Shown: positions 22,850 through 37,650 of the stretch, piece by piece
How positions within the stretch are numbered: the first letter of the stretch is position 1
Layout of the letters: every line of letters begins with the position of its first letter
Origin: Callorhinchus milii
Lineage: Eukaryota
Length of the DNA: 64,000 nucleotides
Assembly (NCBI RefSeq): GCF_018977255.1
Contig: NW_024704743.1
Coordinates: forward strand, 70,186,001-70,250,000
Reading direction: 5' to 3'
The notes under the pieces: model-generated
The model's input: only the letters and a program-made list of their open reading frames with translations
Database searches by the model: none
What the model was told of the DNA's origin: nothing
Translations under genes and position numbers: made by a program

Positions 22850-23350
22850 TGCCAATTTCGTATCAGATTATCCAGAATTCTGCAGCTCGTGTCTTTTTCC
22901 GCACTAGACTCCATGAGCCTATCACCCCCATCCTCAACCAGCTACAATGGCTCCCCATCACAAACCGGATAGAGTTCAAGATCTTCATTCCAACCCTTTA
23001 AATCCTTCATGGTCTTTCCCCACACAACCTCTGTGACCTTCCCAAACTTCACCAAACCCACCCACTCCCTCTGCTCAGTGGGGACTACCCTCTTTTATGT
23101 CCCCCACTGCAACCACCCCGCCATGGGTGATCATGCCTTCAGGCTATCTGCCCCCACTCTTTGGAACTCTTCAAAGATCCATCTCAAGGTTCACCTCAAG
23201 ACCTTCATCTTTGACTACATCTTCAGTCCTCCTCCTCTCTGCAACACCCCACCTCCACCCTTCCTGGTAGGAATGCAAACCCTAGACTGTCCAGTGCCTT
23301 GGGATGTCCTCCCAATATCAGCTATATAAATCTAAAGAATTTGTTGTTGT
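22850..23350 (+). mobile_element. L2 3' fragment
   Basis: atccagaattctgcagctcgt (IQNSAAR), GDHAFRLSAPTLWNS, tail gctatataaat...ttgttgtt. Confidence 0.8.
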
Positions 23351-23749
23351 ACATACATTACAGTGGATTTATCCCTTAAGTCATGTCTCTAATATTGGAA
23401 GAAGATATTATTTCAGATTGCATACAACAATGTCAATTGGATGATCTGAATGCTATAATTATTCATTGACATGCACACTGGAAAACAAGTAAAGTGTATT
23501 CTTTGTATTAAAGGTGTTTTTCGAACAAATAATGATATTGCTACAATTTCAAAATGAACTGACTTTACAATAAATGACTTGAACACATTTATTTTTCCCT
23601 CTGTCAGTTAATAAAGCTAATATAACGACATATCTGATCCAAGTAGATTCTGTTATACCACAAACAATTTCAATTTAAAACTTAGATTCACAATATCAAC
23701 CAAAAGTAAAAAGTGTTTTAAAAATGTACTATTTGCAAAGGGAACCAAA

Positions 23750-24790
23750 AACAACAGTAATTTACATGTATATAACATGCTTCATGTTCATATAACAAAT
23801 CAAAGCATTTCATAAAGACTGAATGGGAGCCCAAGCTGGGGAAAGAAAGGGAGCCGAAAGTGCAGGTAAGGTTTGAAAGCAGAGGGGTAAGGGGCAAGTT
23901 AAGAGAGATTTTGAGAAAGAGCTCCATAGAGTGGGGGGGCGCAGTGTCTGAAGACTCATCTATCAATAGTGAGTGGAGTGAGCAGGCCAGAGATGGCAGG
24001 ACTAAAGGAGCAGGATCTCAGGCGATCGCAGAGGTAGCCTAGTGCAAGGCCATGGAAGCATCTGAAGGTGGGTATAAGGATCTTAAGGTTGATCCACCTG
24101 GGGATGAGCTCATGGAGCCCAGTGTGGGAGAGGTTACAGGCTGCGGAATTATAATAATAACCCTTGCATTTGATATAGCACCAACAAGAAAAATACAGTA
24201 CATCTTAATAACGTACCAAATACTTTTGTTACAAATTGAAGCTGTTTACACTGTAGAAATATCGTCTCCAAAATGCAGTTAATTCTTCAGGGACAATACA
24301 GTATTTCATGTCAGTCACTTGTATGGCCTCATGCTTTAGGCGAAGGCTTACCAGGTACCGTATAGTGCTGGTACTTTGATACTTTGCATCACTGTCTAAT
24401 GGAATAAAGATCCCATTCAAATATTACCACCAAATTCCCAACAACAACAAATTATGTTCGTAAATGCCTTAGACATCAGGAGGATGTCCCAAAAGCGCTG
24501 GACAGTTAAGGATTTGGACCCGAGCTGGGAGTTGGGATCAGGAGGGGTGGAGGGCAGGGAGGGTGACATAGGCGCGGTTGAAGAGGAGGGTCTTGAAATG
24601 GGCCTCGAAGGAGGCAAGGGAGGAGATGAGGCTAAGGAACAGTGGGATGGAGTTCCAAAGAGTGGGTGCAGAAGGGCTAAAGGCCCAACTGCCGATGGTG
24701 GAGCCAGCAAGCCGGGGGACATGGAGCAGGCTGGAGGCCAATGAGCAGAGAGAGCAGACAGGTCAATATGGATTGAATGGAGGAAAGGTA
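23750..24790 (-). mobile_element. Two L2 3' fragments (23750-24150 and 24440-24790)
   Basis: GSWAFSPSAPTLWNSIP...FEAHFKTLLFNRAY; (caa)n tail complements at the left ends. Confidence 0.75.
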
Positions 24791-25824
24791 ATATACCAAA
24801 TGGAAACATCCTTTCTTGGAGGGAGAAGGATTAGAAGATGAGAAACCTCACATCACCTTTACATACCTCTTTCACAGCTTTCACAAGTATGACATGAAGT
24901 CACCTCACCAACAGAAATTCATGCCCAGTAACACGTAAGAAAATCTGGATATGGAAGATAAAACAAATGAAAAGTAATTACTGAAAATATCACATTAAAT
25001 TACCAAGCAAAGGGTTAAATGGTATATATATTGTCAGACTAGCCCAGGAGTAGAAAGGAAACTGATAGGCGAGTCTAAGAGGGGAGTGTGAGCTGCCAGG
25101 CAAATTCAGGGGGGAAACAGGAGCCAACAGTTGAGTCCAGGAGGAGAGGGGGGGAAACTGACAGGTGAGGTAAATCCAGGAGAGTCACAGAACTTAACAG
25201 GTGAGACCAAGAACGGACGGGTAAGTTAATAGTAAAGTTCAAGAGAGGCATATCAGACTGGGCTTCCATAAATGTTTTGCATAAAACAAAATCACAGATC
25301 CCTGACCCCCATAAAGCAATGCATGACCTTTAACAAGTTGTGTTTTACCAACTATTCACACATTACATCTCTAAATAATGCCACATAATTTTGCCTACAA
25401 TTGAAGTTAGAACTCATATTCTTAATGTACTTTAAAAAAATGCACATTACAATCCTCTGGAAACGTCCACAGTTAGTGAATATAAAATCCAGTTAAAGTG
25501 GCATAATTTGAGTTCCCACCTCAATTAAGACTCATGGATACATATTGTGCAGTTTAGCCACCTCTATATAACTATATTTGTCATAACATCCTTACGGTCC
25601 AGCTTTTGTCAGTCATGCTTCAAAACCTAATATCTGACTTCAGCATTTTTCTATGTCCCAATATTATTGTTATTCGGAGGACCAATACTTTATTACTGAG
25701 TCATATACATATCTATCTATTCACAGATACACACACCTAGATTGTGAATCCCTGTTATCATGCAGATTCGCTTATAAAATTCCACAGACACTGTACCAAT
25801 AAAACGCACAAATATAAATTATAT

Positions 25825-26250
25825 AAATAAATAATTCTTACAATTGATATAATGCCTTTCATGTTGCAAGGATGTCTCAAAGCACTTCGCAGGATTTTGT
25901 GACTGTATTTTGTAAGCGAACGTGGCAGCCAATTTCAGAACAGCAATGTCCCGCAAACATCCATAAAGTGAATGAACAATTTCATCAAAGTTGGCCACAA
26001 CACTGAAAGAAACTCCTGATTTCAAATAGTGTCACAGGATCTTTAAAATAGATTGAACTGGATAGGCACAGACAGAATCTCAGTTTTAACGTCTCATCCG
26101 AAGGACAGACCCTTCGACAATGCAACGTTCTCCCTCGCACTGCACTGGAGTGTCAGCTTGGACTGTGAGCTCAAAGTCCTGACATGGGGCTTAATCCCAC
26201 AAGTTTCTAACTGGTAGGTAACAGTGCTACCAACTGACCCAGTGGACACC
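25825..26250 (-). mobile_element. Deu-SINE, near full length
   Basis: Minus strand: head gggtcagttggtagcact, core cggatgagacgttaaaactgag, L2-like tail. Confidence 0.8.
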
Positions 26251-26347
26251 CATATATCTGTTTTGTTAAATTTTTAGCCAGCTCCTTACCTAAACTGGAG
26301 CTGATTGCATTATACAATCGTAATTGCCAATCACATACAAGTGTAAA

Positions 26348-26735
26348 ACAAGCAACAAATTACATTTGTATAGCGCTTTTTACGTCAAGGGGATGTCCCA
26401 AAGCGCTCGACAGTCAGAGATTTGGATCCAAGCAGGGGGTTGGGATCAGGAGGAATGGAGGGCAGGTAGGAGGGTGGCCAAAAGAGTGTCAAAGAGGAGG
26501 GTCTTGAGACATGCCTTGAAGGAGGCAAGAGAGGGAGTGAGGCGAAGGGACTATGCGATGGGTTCCAAAGGGTGGGGACAGAGCCTGAAGGCCCGACTGC
26601 CGATAGTGGGATAGGCCAGGCGGGGGAACGATGAGCAGGCCGAAGTCTGCTGAGTGGAGGGAGAGGACAAGTTGATATGGGGTTAGCAGGTCACAGAGGT
26701 AGGAAGGAACAAGTCTGTGGAGGGCTTTGAAAGCT
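26348..26735 (-). mobile_element. L2 3' fragment with tail
   Basis: Matches 18273-18660 and 37260-37650. Confidence 0.8.
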
Positions 26736-28329
26736 TATGAATGACTGTAAGTTTAAAAATGGCCATAAATGTTAAAATAGTAAATTCACATTATTAATCC
26801 ATCATAATTTCTATATTTACATAGTTCATGCATTACCGTATGTGATAACCTTGATGCACATTTTCTTTAATTATGGAGGTATCAATGTACTCTTCCTTTA
26901 TGTAGAATAATAACTTAAGAAATTCAGATCTAACTTTGCCAAATGATTTAATATAAAACTAGATGTGCGTCTTTGTGGGCTCAAATGATAAAACGCTTAA
27001 GATAAAACTTACAAAAACAATTTTATTGTTTAGCTTTTCATACTGAAAATTTTGAACCACTGCACTTAACAAAAACTAAATTAAGGTCCTTGGATAGCTG
27101 CATTCTGTTTAAATTTTGAATAATGTCATTTATATTTTTTCCTACCAGATGCTGAGAGACTTCACAAGGACACCAGGTTCAATCAGAACCCTGATTAAAG
27201 TTCCATCTGGAGCTTAATGGATTCACAGATCCGTTACAATTACCAAAGTCACCAGTGTCAATCTTCACAACTGTATAAGAGGCTTCAGTTCCCATGTCTA
27301 CAACAAACTGTTTTAATCAAACAGTCTTGATCCATTTAAAATAAATGGAAGGAAAAAACCATGCATGTTAGCCAGAATGCAACCGGTCGCAAAGGTCACA
27401 GAACTGCTGAATATTATGTCCTGGCACAAAACACAACAATTAAATATGTAGCAAACTATTCCCAAAATGACACTGTTTCTTTATTAAATTTTGCCCCAGT
27501 AGTTTTAAAAAGAAGAAATGATCTTTTGCAAAATTGGTGAAAATTCCTCCTTTGAAACCATCCACTCCCCATTCCTCCTCTGATTCTAGGAAGTCACTTT
27601 CAATGGACCTACAGAACTTACACCAACCCACAGAATGGTACCAGCAAACAGCTGCTGTCCCAGTCGTACAAGCACAACAAACCGATTCAATCTCCTCAAT
27701 CAATCACCTCAACCTAACTCTATTCACATGCCCCTTCTCTCTCTCGCTCCCCCCTCGAACTGATCCCGAGAAAAGTTGAGCTCCCTTGTCCCACGTACCA
27801 TCTCTGTGTTTAACCAGCTTCTCGATCACAATTCAACTAGAATAAAGAAACAAGTGTGTAAGAAAAGAAAAAATTCAGCCAACCTAAATCAAGAACAAAT
27901 TCTAAAATATATCTTGAAAACTGTAATTTAGTTTCATAAATTCAACATTCAGAGCTTATAACATAACTCAATGAAACAGACTGCATATCATCCATTTTGG
28001 TACAACATAGTTCTCAATTTGAAAATGTAGCTTAATATTTAGAACTACATATATGCAATAATCCTCTGATCAGACAGCATCATTTTACTAATAGAGTAGG
28101 AAGGTTATGTCTGTTATTTAACTTGTGAATTAATGCAGTTTTCAGCCTGCGTAGTGCTTCAATGAATAATGCATCACAGCTCTAATACACCGCAATGCTC
28201 TTACCATTTTGTACCATCATTCTGGAATAGCATATGAAATCATTCAGTTTTATGTACGCATTGTTCATTCTAGAGTAACAATGTCATCTTCCAAGATATG
28301 GCTATGGTAAATACACTTTTGGGCAAACT

Positions 28330-28475
28330 TTCAACAATGCAGCACTCAACCAGGTTTTCATTGGAATGTCAGCCTAAACTGATCTCAACTCCTGATGTGG
28401 CACTTGAACCCACAACTTCCACATGTTAAATAACAGACCCAGAAGAAAGAGAGAGCGCTACCAAATAAGCCAGAC
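28330..28475 (-). mobile_element. Deu-SINE head remnant
   Basis: caatgcagcactc...gtcagcctaa...cttgaacccacaac. Confidence 0.55.
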
Positions 28476-28525
28476 AGTGAAATACAGCACAATGAATATA
28501 ACTGATGTAAAGTATCACTAACATT

Positions 28526-29110
28526 ACTTTTAGTCAGCCAAGGTTCTGACACATGCAGAAATCTATCACCATGCTTAAGAGTATCCTAACCAAACTCAGA
28601 ATTCCATGCATCCTACCTACACAAGGACATTTGGAATGTAATGCACACTCTCTCCCTGGAGGGACACGTTCTGCTTACCTAATTCTGAAGAGTATTAGGC
28701 ATAGGCTGGCAAAACCTAAGGCTTGGGGCCTCAGAGTGCGAGTTGGGTTACTGATGGAATTCAACAGCTAAAACCATACAGCTGGCCATTGAGAGCATCG
28801 TCTGGTTAAATTCCTACTGCTTGTCTATCTAGGACCACCCAATCCAATCAGGCTTTGGCTTGTAGGGTTAACAGGAGCTGAGCTGGAAGAAACTCTGACC
28901 CTGCTCCAGGTCTGCCCCTGCAAGTCCTACCAATGATCCTGGCTGGCTGGTGAATCATCGGCACTGCCGGAGTACTATTAACCCGCCGGACTCAGAAACT
29001 GGATCCCTGAGACCGTCAGAGGATTGACTTGATTCCAACATTCTGTTCTTAAGCATGTCACCCAGAAACCAGTTCACCTCAAAGGAGATGCCATTTACCT
29101 GCCCTTCAAG
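28526..29110 (-). repeat. Family A copy 4
   Basis: Colinear with 7622-8190 over its length. Confidence 0.8.
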
Positions 29111-31271
29111 ATTAGTCACACCAAGTTACCATAATAAAAGAAATGCACTAACAGCAGAATTAGGAGAAAATCACAATGGCAAAATTATCTATATTCATCT
29201 TTACTATCTATCTATCATCCAGTCTGCACACACTAAGTTAATTTCAATAAATTCTGCTCTTTGGCCAATAACACAAGAGATGGCAATTGTTATCTAGCCA
29301 ATTTTGTATATTTAGAAAAAGATACTGGGCCAGCACAAGATTGTGATTCTATAGTACATCAGTGATAGATTTTCTAGTCCTGCAAGTACAGTATTAATAT
29401 CTCAATCCAAATAGATATCAAATGAGTCAACGTCAGTCACAAGAAGCAATTTTCTTTAGGGGTTCATCTTGAATATACTTTTCTTTAGCAGACTGCAACA
29501 TCTTGTTGGAATGAAGCCCTGTTATTCTCACTTCCTGCTTAACACATTTTTGCCATCAGATTGAAAGTGGCAGTAACAGGATAGCAGCGCAGTAACACTG
29601 ATGCACGCCAATGTGCTCAAGAGCAGCAGAATCAAGCAACTGATTATATTAAATCAGATTCATGTACAAAGCTCTTTGCCTCATTACTTAATCCAAGTGA
29701 ATACCCAATCAAGTGATAATAGACGTTGATGCTACAGGTGTTGTCCATTTAGAAACATATTAAATGTCCATCGCCAAAAACCAGAACGGAAGCAAGAGAT
29801 TTCTTTCTCTCGAGTCCTGATTTAGTAATGTACCAAATGTTACACACCACTGCACAATTAAGATTTCTTTTAAATACAGAATATATATCGGTGCCTTCAG
29901 TCAAACAAATAATTGCATACAGTTAGAAATTATTAACACTATACAATTGGAGTCAACTGTGGAACATAGATTTTTCATTAATGTCTAATCAAATAATATT
30001 TATACAGTGGCCTAAAAACAAAATGGTTACATACACATAAAAAAACTTGTATATAGCTCATCAGCGGAGATCAAAAGTAGCATTGTAAAATGTAATATCC
30101 ATGTGTTAACTCATTCTTTCTAAAATTAAAAGTTTTGATGAAGTGAAGCTGGGGTGCAAATGAAAGTCTGGCTGAGGGATAGTCTATGTGACCCCTTCTA
30201 TTTCGTTACACAAAGGATAATCAATAGCTCGAACAGCTTGCCAATAAGGGTAACTGAGACTAAATCACTGTATTCAGTTTCAAGAAATGGCTTGATGCTG
30301 TAATGGAAAGATGAAGGGTTGTTATTTGAAAATTCTTCTTCACCCAAACCTCTGTTTAAGAGGTGGAAATGGATAGGCATTTTCCAAGACCAGCCTCATT
30401 TAAACTGGCAGCCTTACGAGAGCAACAGAACATTCTACTTTCTTTACTCAGTCCCTCACTTCCCTCTCCCACAAGTTCCGTATCCTAACATTCTGCAGAA
30501 GATATTTTCAAGACTAGTATAAAGCTTTCCCAGAGTACAAAATAATGCAAATCTCTGCTCTTCATCTACAAAGTCATTCCATTATTCCACTAATAGGTTA
30601 CTAATACAATAAAAAGAGAAACTGTAAACTTCTATTGCTATATTGAGTGCACAGTATCTGAAATAGTATTTATAATGGTAGGTTAATTCTATAAATGAGC
30701 ATTTATAGAATGACCTTCAGAAGGAGGGGGGACAAAATTGGACATTAATGTAATAGTATATTAAAGTCAACAGTCCTCAGACCCCAGAGGTTGTTCCGAG
30801 GCAAGCAACCCAATTATTCAAATCTCACTCACTGTACATCTTATTTAAAAGACAAATGCTGCTTTAAGTGGATATTGCACTACCTTGTCTCTGTGGTTTA
30901 CCGGTTCAAATTAAATATGAAAAACCTGATCAGCTAAAAAGCTCAGCTTTAAATAAATAATACATCTCTACAACATAATTTCCTAATTACTGCATAAGCT
31001 TAAAACATTACATTGGCTTTATTATTCTAATGGAGAACGTACCAGGAGGCTATTGGGATGACTATTTTTACTACTACAGAATATGAAGCTGAATTCTTCA
31101 TTTACAGTAAATGCATTTGGAATAATACTGACTTTAAACTGTAAAAAGTGGATGGTAGTGTGAATTAGAAGTATTACTAATTTACTATTAGAAGAATAGT
31201 AAATAGTACCAGCGCCCTGGGACGTCTTTCCGACATGAAGGGCACTATACAAGTGTAAATTGTTGCTGTTG

Positions 31272-31690
31272 TGTGTCAGTCTAGTGCAGTTGTAGGACTC
31301 TCGCTTCCGAGTCAGAAGGTTGTGGGTTCAAGCCCCACATCGGGACATGGAAACAAACTGTCTAAAACTGACACTCCAAGCAGTGCTAGGGGGTGGATAA
31401 CGCCTTAGGATAAGACGTTAAACCAAGCTCCTGTCTGCCTGTTCAGGTGTACTTTAAAAATCCCATAGCACTATTCGAAAAGTGAAGGGAGATTCTCTGT
31501 GTTTCCTGGTCACAATCCCCCTAAAATTGGTCACTCATTCCATGGATGTTTGTGGATCATTGCTGAGCGAGAACTGGCTGCCACGTTTCCCCCTCAAAAT
31601 ACAGTCAAAACCACTTTACATTGTGTGAAGCACTTTGAGATGTCTCAATGACATAATAAAGTGCTATACCAAATGCAAGACTATTATTAT
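31272..31690 (+). mobile_element. Deu-SINE, near full length, directly after a solo L2 tail (31205-31270)
   Basis: B box ggttcaagcccc, core ggataagacgttaaaccaag...aatcccatagcactattcgaa, tail gtgctataccaaatgcaagactattatt. Confidence 0.85.
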
Positions 31691-31934
31691 TTACTGCAGT
31701 ACACAATTTTCCGAATGCTTTTGTATGAATCTTTACCATTTTGTAACTTTACAGCATATACAACTTACTGTATATTTAAAAATAAAATTGACAACCTAAT
31801 GTTTGAAAAGAAAGCAGTCGTAAACGTGGATCACTTTTGCATATTAAATAAATAACAAATTTTATCCTCTGTGCAAGAAAGATTATTTTTCCAATCATAT
31901 AGTTTTATTTTTTGAAAAGCTGTATATTACTCAC

Positions 31935-31979
31935 AAGGTTATGTTTAAGGCTGCAGTCTGACAGTCTCTATAAGAATAA
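31935..31979 (-). other. Candidate internal exon (45 nt)
   Basis: Minus strand: acceptor tttctgtttatttttccag, donor CTT|gtgagta. One frame is open (YSYRDCQTAALNIT). Confidence 0.4.
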
Positions 31980-32964
31980 CTGGAAAAATAAACAGAAATG
32001 TAACAGCTCTAGCTATATTTCAACATTTTTATTTGATTGGAAAGTGCTTTCCAAAATAACCCTAACCTGGAAAAGTGGAGAATAATAAAATTATGTATTC
32101 AGAACTTCATAAGGGATTGGTTACACACTTGGGTAAGCATAGAATTTTGTCTTCTATTATATGGTGCCTGCCACACTCTGATGCAAAAAATGCCATATGA
32201 AAAGGTTAGCAGTGTTGCTTGCACTAAATGTGCCATCCATTCGTGCCATCCACAGCTTGGATTGTGGCCAGTCAAATTTGAAATGATCCCTCCCCGTCAA
32301 GGCTTAAACTTGTATCCAACTCACACTTAAACAAAGGAGCATATGCAGTAATGTAAAGGAATAATCTCTTATTGGGACTTGCACTAAGTACAAATGTATT
32401 GTTGTGCAATTCACTTTCCAGAGGTATTTAGACCTGAAGTCATATTTTGCAAATCTTCACATCCAATCATAGAGTTTGAAAATGCAAAAGTGATCTATGT
32501 TTACAACTGCTCTCTTTTCAACACAAGAAAAGCATTTATTAAAATTGTTCCTAGTATCCAAATAGATTTGAAATTAGAAACATTTAAAAATATAGATTCA
32601 AAAGTTGTATTTATGGATGTCAAGCACAAACCAGTTGAGGCCCAGTTTGTTGCATTTAACTCTGAACCACAATATCTTAAAAGAAAAAAAATGGAATTTC
32701 AATCTGTCTTGGCTCACACCATTATTTTAAAAAAATTACTGAAGAAATAAGGGCTAGTTTAAATATCACTCACAGCTTTAAGAATTCAGTATTAAATTGC
32801 ATTGAGTATAATTGCGATGCAAAATTAACAATTTAAGAATACTTTTAATGGCATTATAACAGCAATAATTTGAATTTTAATACATATGGACTCCACCAAA
32901 TAATGTTGTATGTAACTACTTGGTGATTGTTGGCTTGCATGGATTCTGGTCGCTATAAAGTTTA

Positions 32965-33120
32965 AAAAATTGCTCATTCATTTCATAGCTGTTTGTGGGA
33001 CATTGCTATGTGCAAATTTGCTTTTGCCTACAAAATAGTCACTACACGTCAGAGTAAAAATCCTGTGAAGAGCTTTGAGATTTCTCAATGAGGGGTTCTA
33101 TCAAATGCAAGGATGATTAT
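32965..33120 (+). mobile_element. SINE 3' module
   Basis: gctgtttgtgggacattgct...tatcaaatgcaagga. Confidence 0.7.
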
Positions 33121-33489
33121 ATGCTGACATACAATTCTATATACTGAACAGTATTCTAGGTGTGAATATGTGTGAATATGTGAAATCAGTCTGGCTCAAG
33201 TTCATCCTGTTAATACTGTAGACTCAAATTCTCACAAAAATGGAACCAGAGGGCAGAAGCTGGTGCATTTCAGTGAAACATTTAGATGCTGAAAGGAAAT
33301 CAGGAATCCTATTGTATAATCTTGGGTTTGCAGAAAGGCTTTCCGTGTGTGCAGGTGAATAGAAAGATGGAAGTTTCCCAATATGTCCATTTTATAAAGG
33401 CCAACTGAAATTTTAAACTAATCTTATTTCAGCAATGGGTCATTCTTGGTTTAGCTCAATAGCAACCATCAAAGTACATACTTAATTTT

Positions 33490-33730
33490 TGACGGAATCT
33501 AGCATCAAATATGCCAGAACAGTACAATAAACCTCATCTGGTTGAATCTGTACCGAATGCAAACTGATCTGAGAGAGCTTCATCTTCTTGAAAGTTTGCC
33601 TGTGGTTGGTCAATTCCCTCAGGAGAATGAGTAGTTTGGATGGATTACATGACAGAGCAAACTATATAGCAAACTGTATGGAAGAAATGGACTTGATGAC
33701 TGAATGGCCTTTTCTCAGAGCATACTTTTC
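33490..33730 (+). mobile_element. Highly decayed CR1 3' end
   Basis: tggacttgatgactgaatggccttttctc resembles the CR1 terminal motif. Confidence 0.45.
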
Positions 33731-36700
33731 CTCTTATCACCTGCTGCACTGACCTGCTTGAGATCAATACTAGCAAGTTCCACATGGCAGACTTGGACAA
33801 CTACAACTCCACAGAAAGCTTCTACTGATCTTTGTTCATTCTGCTTTGAAACCTAGAAACAATGTTACAACAACTACCTTATTATTCTGTACAGCTAACC
33901 CTGAAACACTAAGCAAGACTGATTTCTGACAAGAGACTATAGAAATGTGCAGGGTATTCCAAATTTGTCTGTACTGCTTTTTCATTTTATACAATTTCAA
34001 TTAAAGCTTGCAGAGCACTTGCTCCACTGCCGAACATCAAATATGATATAAGTATATGCTGAAAAACGTAAAACACACATTTAATACTTTCTGAATACAG
34101 AAAAAAAAACTGGTTTAATCCGATAATGCTCTAAATTATAGGATGTGCGGCACTTATTGAACAGAAACAGGTAAAAAAGCAGAGTAAAATGCAAAATCTT
34201 ACAAAATTATTTTTGATACAAGAATTCTAAGAAACTTGTCTTTAACAATCACAAAACAAGCTGCATTCTAAGTACCAAAGGATACAATGGGGATATCTAG
34301 CAGGTGCTGCAGTTTATCACAAAACCGTCTAAAATAATTGGAAGTGACAACCAGCAGCACCACAAATGATTTATTAGTCTTTCACTCAGCTTCTCAGCTT
34401 CCTCGGGGCCAGAATAAATAATTTACTGAGTCAGTGTCTTCAAATCATTAATTCTTCTCTATGTATCCAAAATGCATTAAACTCTGGTGGGTATTTCACA
34501 GCATTAAAAATACAATACAAAGGAGTTTTTTTTTCATTTAACTGTATCTAAAGGTTAAGTAGTCACACCAAATGCACAGCATCTCCCATACTATATCCTA
34601 TCAATATAATAATTTAGCCACCTGGAAAGCTGCCAACTTTGTTGTCACTGGTGATGCTGAGGAGAATATGGGCTGCTGTTCCTGATTAGGTCTTAAATAA
34701 TTCTGCACCAAAAGCTGTGGAAACAGTGCAATTAGCAGAGCTAATGCTCTCAAATGCTTAAAAACCTGCATTAAAGAAAAAAGCTCAGAATGCAAGATGC
34801 ACCTTCCCACTTTCTATTTTAATCTTTCTTATATTCCACCTGAGAAAAAAATTATACTTCAATTTTTTTCAAAAAAGTTACAAATGAGCAGAGATTAATC
34901 AAGTAAGGCAATTCAATGTCAGTAATTCTGGCTCAATTTTCCTGCATTTTTGAATTTCAGATAATCTGTTTAATGATTTTGCATAAAAACCACAAACTAG
35001 GTTAAAATATTTGCGGTATACAACAACAATAAAATTACATTTGTATTGCGTCTTTCACGTCGGGAGGACGTCCCAAGTACATATGGACAATGTCTACCTA
35101 CAACAACTCAGATATATATAGCGCCCTCCACGCGGGGGAGTATCTTAGAGTGCTGAACCTACCTACTACTATATGTTTAAATTCTGAACTGAAATCACCG
35201 AGCCAGAACACAGGACTGGAACTTAACTTGGTCTTTGCAGTACTTTCTTGGCTAGAAAAAATAAATTGATAATTTGTAAAATCACAGCAATACAATGGCT
35301 TCATATCAATATCACCACTGTTTTCCTACATCAATCCTAAGTACTGTAATTGTGTGAAACTAATCTAATCATATTTGCCCAGCAAAAATATTTTTTTTGC
35401 AGTACTCATTTTTTGTCATTAGATGCCTCCAGTAACACTTAAATATGAGTTGGAAACATTCAGTTAAACAAGTCCTGTGCTGGCACCCCATATTTGCATT
35501 TTAAAGTGAATTATGTAGCTCAAACGTAGATTGCGCAAATTGGTTCGAACATTCTTTTTAAAAATAATTGAATGAATATTTAGGAAATGGATTGCATTTA
35601 AGAAGTTAACCAGTTTCCAATGAAGATTTTGATCTCGTCTTTAAGCAGTTGAATAATCAACTGTAAATGTAAACCCAAGCTAGATTCTTTGACACCTTTA
35701 AGAGTTCCTTCAAATTATTTTCAAAATAACATTACAATACTTCATAATTTTATATCAGTGGATATAGATTTTGAGGTAGAGATATTAACTAAAAGTATTT
35801 CAAAACAGTATATACAATACATAACAAGATATCCCGTAGAAAAATAATTGTCACAGAGGGATAATACATAAAAGCAAAAATCAGTATAAAAAAAAACACT
35901 ATTACTAAAACTACTGATTTAGGAGATCAAATGCGATGTAACCGAGCCAAACAAAAAAAAAGAGGGAATGCTGACTTAGTGAGAAGAGAATAGTTGGAGG
36001 ATTGTGAATGGAAAGATCAAAGTTTATAAAAGTCCAAACAAATAAGTAAAAATACAATTTAAACTGACTCAGTAAAACAGATTATTTGGTAGAACATACA
36101 CTGAGTCATTATGTGCTTATCAAATAATAATCCATGCATTTTATATAGCCCCTTATGTTGTCGAGACGTTTCATAGCGTTTCACAGGATCTTACTGTGAC
36201 TGTATTTATAGACAGTAAAATATTTGCGAAGTACGTTATGGAAATTACCAACTTTACAACATTCAAAGATAATATTTTGTTTGTTATAGTAATATAACAA
36301 AAGGATTGTCACTACACTTTACAGTATATCATGTGAAGTACATTATTTTGGGATGTCCTGCCAACTTGAAAGGCACTATATCAAATGCAAGGATTATTCT
36401 TATTATAATAACCATAAAAGATATGTTCAGCAGACAACCAAAGTTAAATGCTGTTCTATTTGTAGACCTTTAAATTAAATGTCATTTTCATGAGATACAA
36501 ATATTGTTGTCGTAATGACTCTCGATCATTGAAGCTTTAGAAATTATTAGTAAAATGTATTTTTTAGATAAGAATAATGAGGCAAACTATTTGACAGAAT
36601 ATGTTTTATTATAAACAGTAAAGCTTTCCTTCATGTAATTATACCTATCTGCAAGTGAAACAAATAGTTTATTCACTATGAGTGCTTTAAAAAATGAATT

Positions 36701-37259
36701 GTTAATACACTTTTTTAAGCAAATTTGTTGCAATAAAAACAGTTTTAGATTAAGAATTTGATATAAAGTACCACTTTTCAAACATGTCCTTAGCTCAACA
36801 AATCCAACATTTAATAGCTTGGTTTATCATTTTCAAAGCAGATCAGTTTTTTCAAACAGTCTCCAACTACTTATACAATTGGCTGACAATATGGACAATA
36901 ATTAATGTTGATATTTGCCCATTTTTTGAAAAAAATGTTAATGAGGTGCTTTTACAAACTAACATACAACTGAGTAATAATTAAAGATGTGTTTTATTAA
37001 ATGTCTGTCAGTTCATTTTATTACTGTACTGCAGTTTCCAAAATTCAATACAAATAAAAAAATGTTTTTTTCCTGTGACGGCAGTAACAGAAACGTAGAA
37101 GCTCCACAGTAATCTGGATAGAAACCAAATGTCTATACAGTCCCATTGTATCAGAAAGCCAAATAATGCCGGGGGAGGAGAGGTGGAATAAGCGAGATAG
37201 GCAGGCAGACCTGCCCACTGCTTAAAAAAACAGAAAGATGTTGCCAAACACAACGCAAA

Positions 37260-37650
37260 AACAACAACAACAACAAGATTCCATTTATAGAGCGCCTTTC
37301 ACGTCAGGAGGACGTCCCAAGGCGCTGCACAGTTGGGTCATGACCCGAGCAGGGGGGAAATGGTCAGGGTGAGGGGAGGGAAGGGAGGGAGAGAGGAGGG
37401 GGGAAATGGTCAGGGTGAGGGAGGAGGGAGGGAGCGAGGAGGAGGAGGAAGAGAGTCGAGAGGGGAGCTGAAGGCACGGTCAAAGAGAAAGGTTTTGAGA
37501 CCGGCCTTGAAGGAGGAAAGGGAGGAAGCGGCGAAGGCACTGGGGGATGGAGTTCCAGAGCCTGGGGGCTGAGAGGCTGAAGGCCCGACCACCGATAGTA
37601 GGGCGGTTGGGGCGGGGGACGTGGAGCAGACCGGAGCCAGAGGAACGCAA
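37260..37650 (-). mobile_element. Relatively young L2 3' fragment with an internal purine-rich duplication
   Basis: SLSSFKAGLKTFLFDRAF; CpGs retained; gggggaaatggtcagggtgaggg occurs twice. Confidence 0.85.

Noticed and set aside
32325..32750. 118 aa plus-strand ORF and a 351 nt minus-strand exon-like interval
   Set aside because: The peptide is AT-rich and unrecognisable; the minus interval has stops in all frames and a weak donor context.
34621..34765. Minus-strand acceptor with an open frame (VFKHLRALALLIALFPQ...)
   Set aside because: The donor gtggct is weak and I recognise no homology, so support is insufficient.
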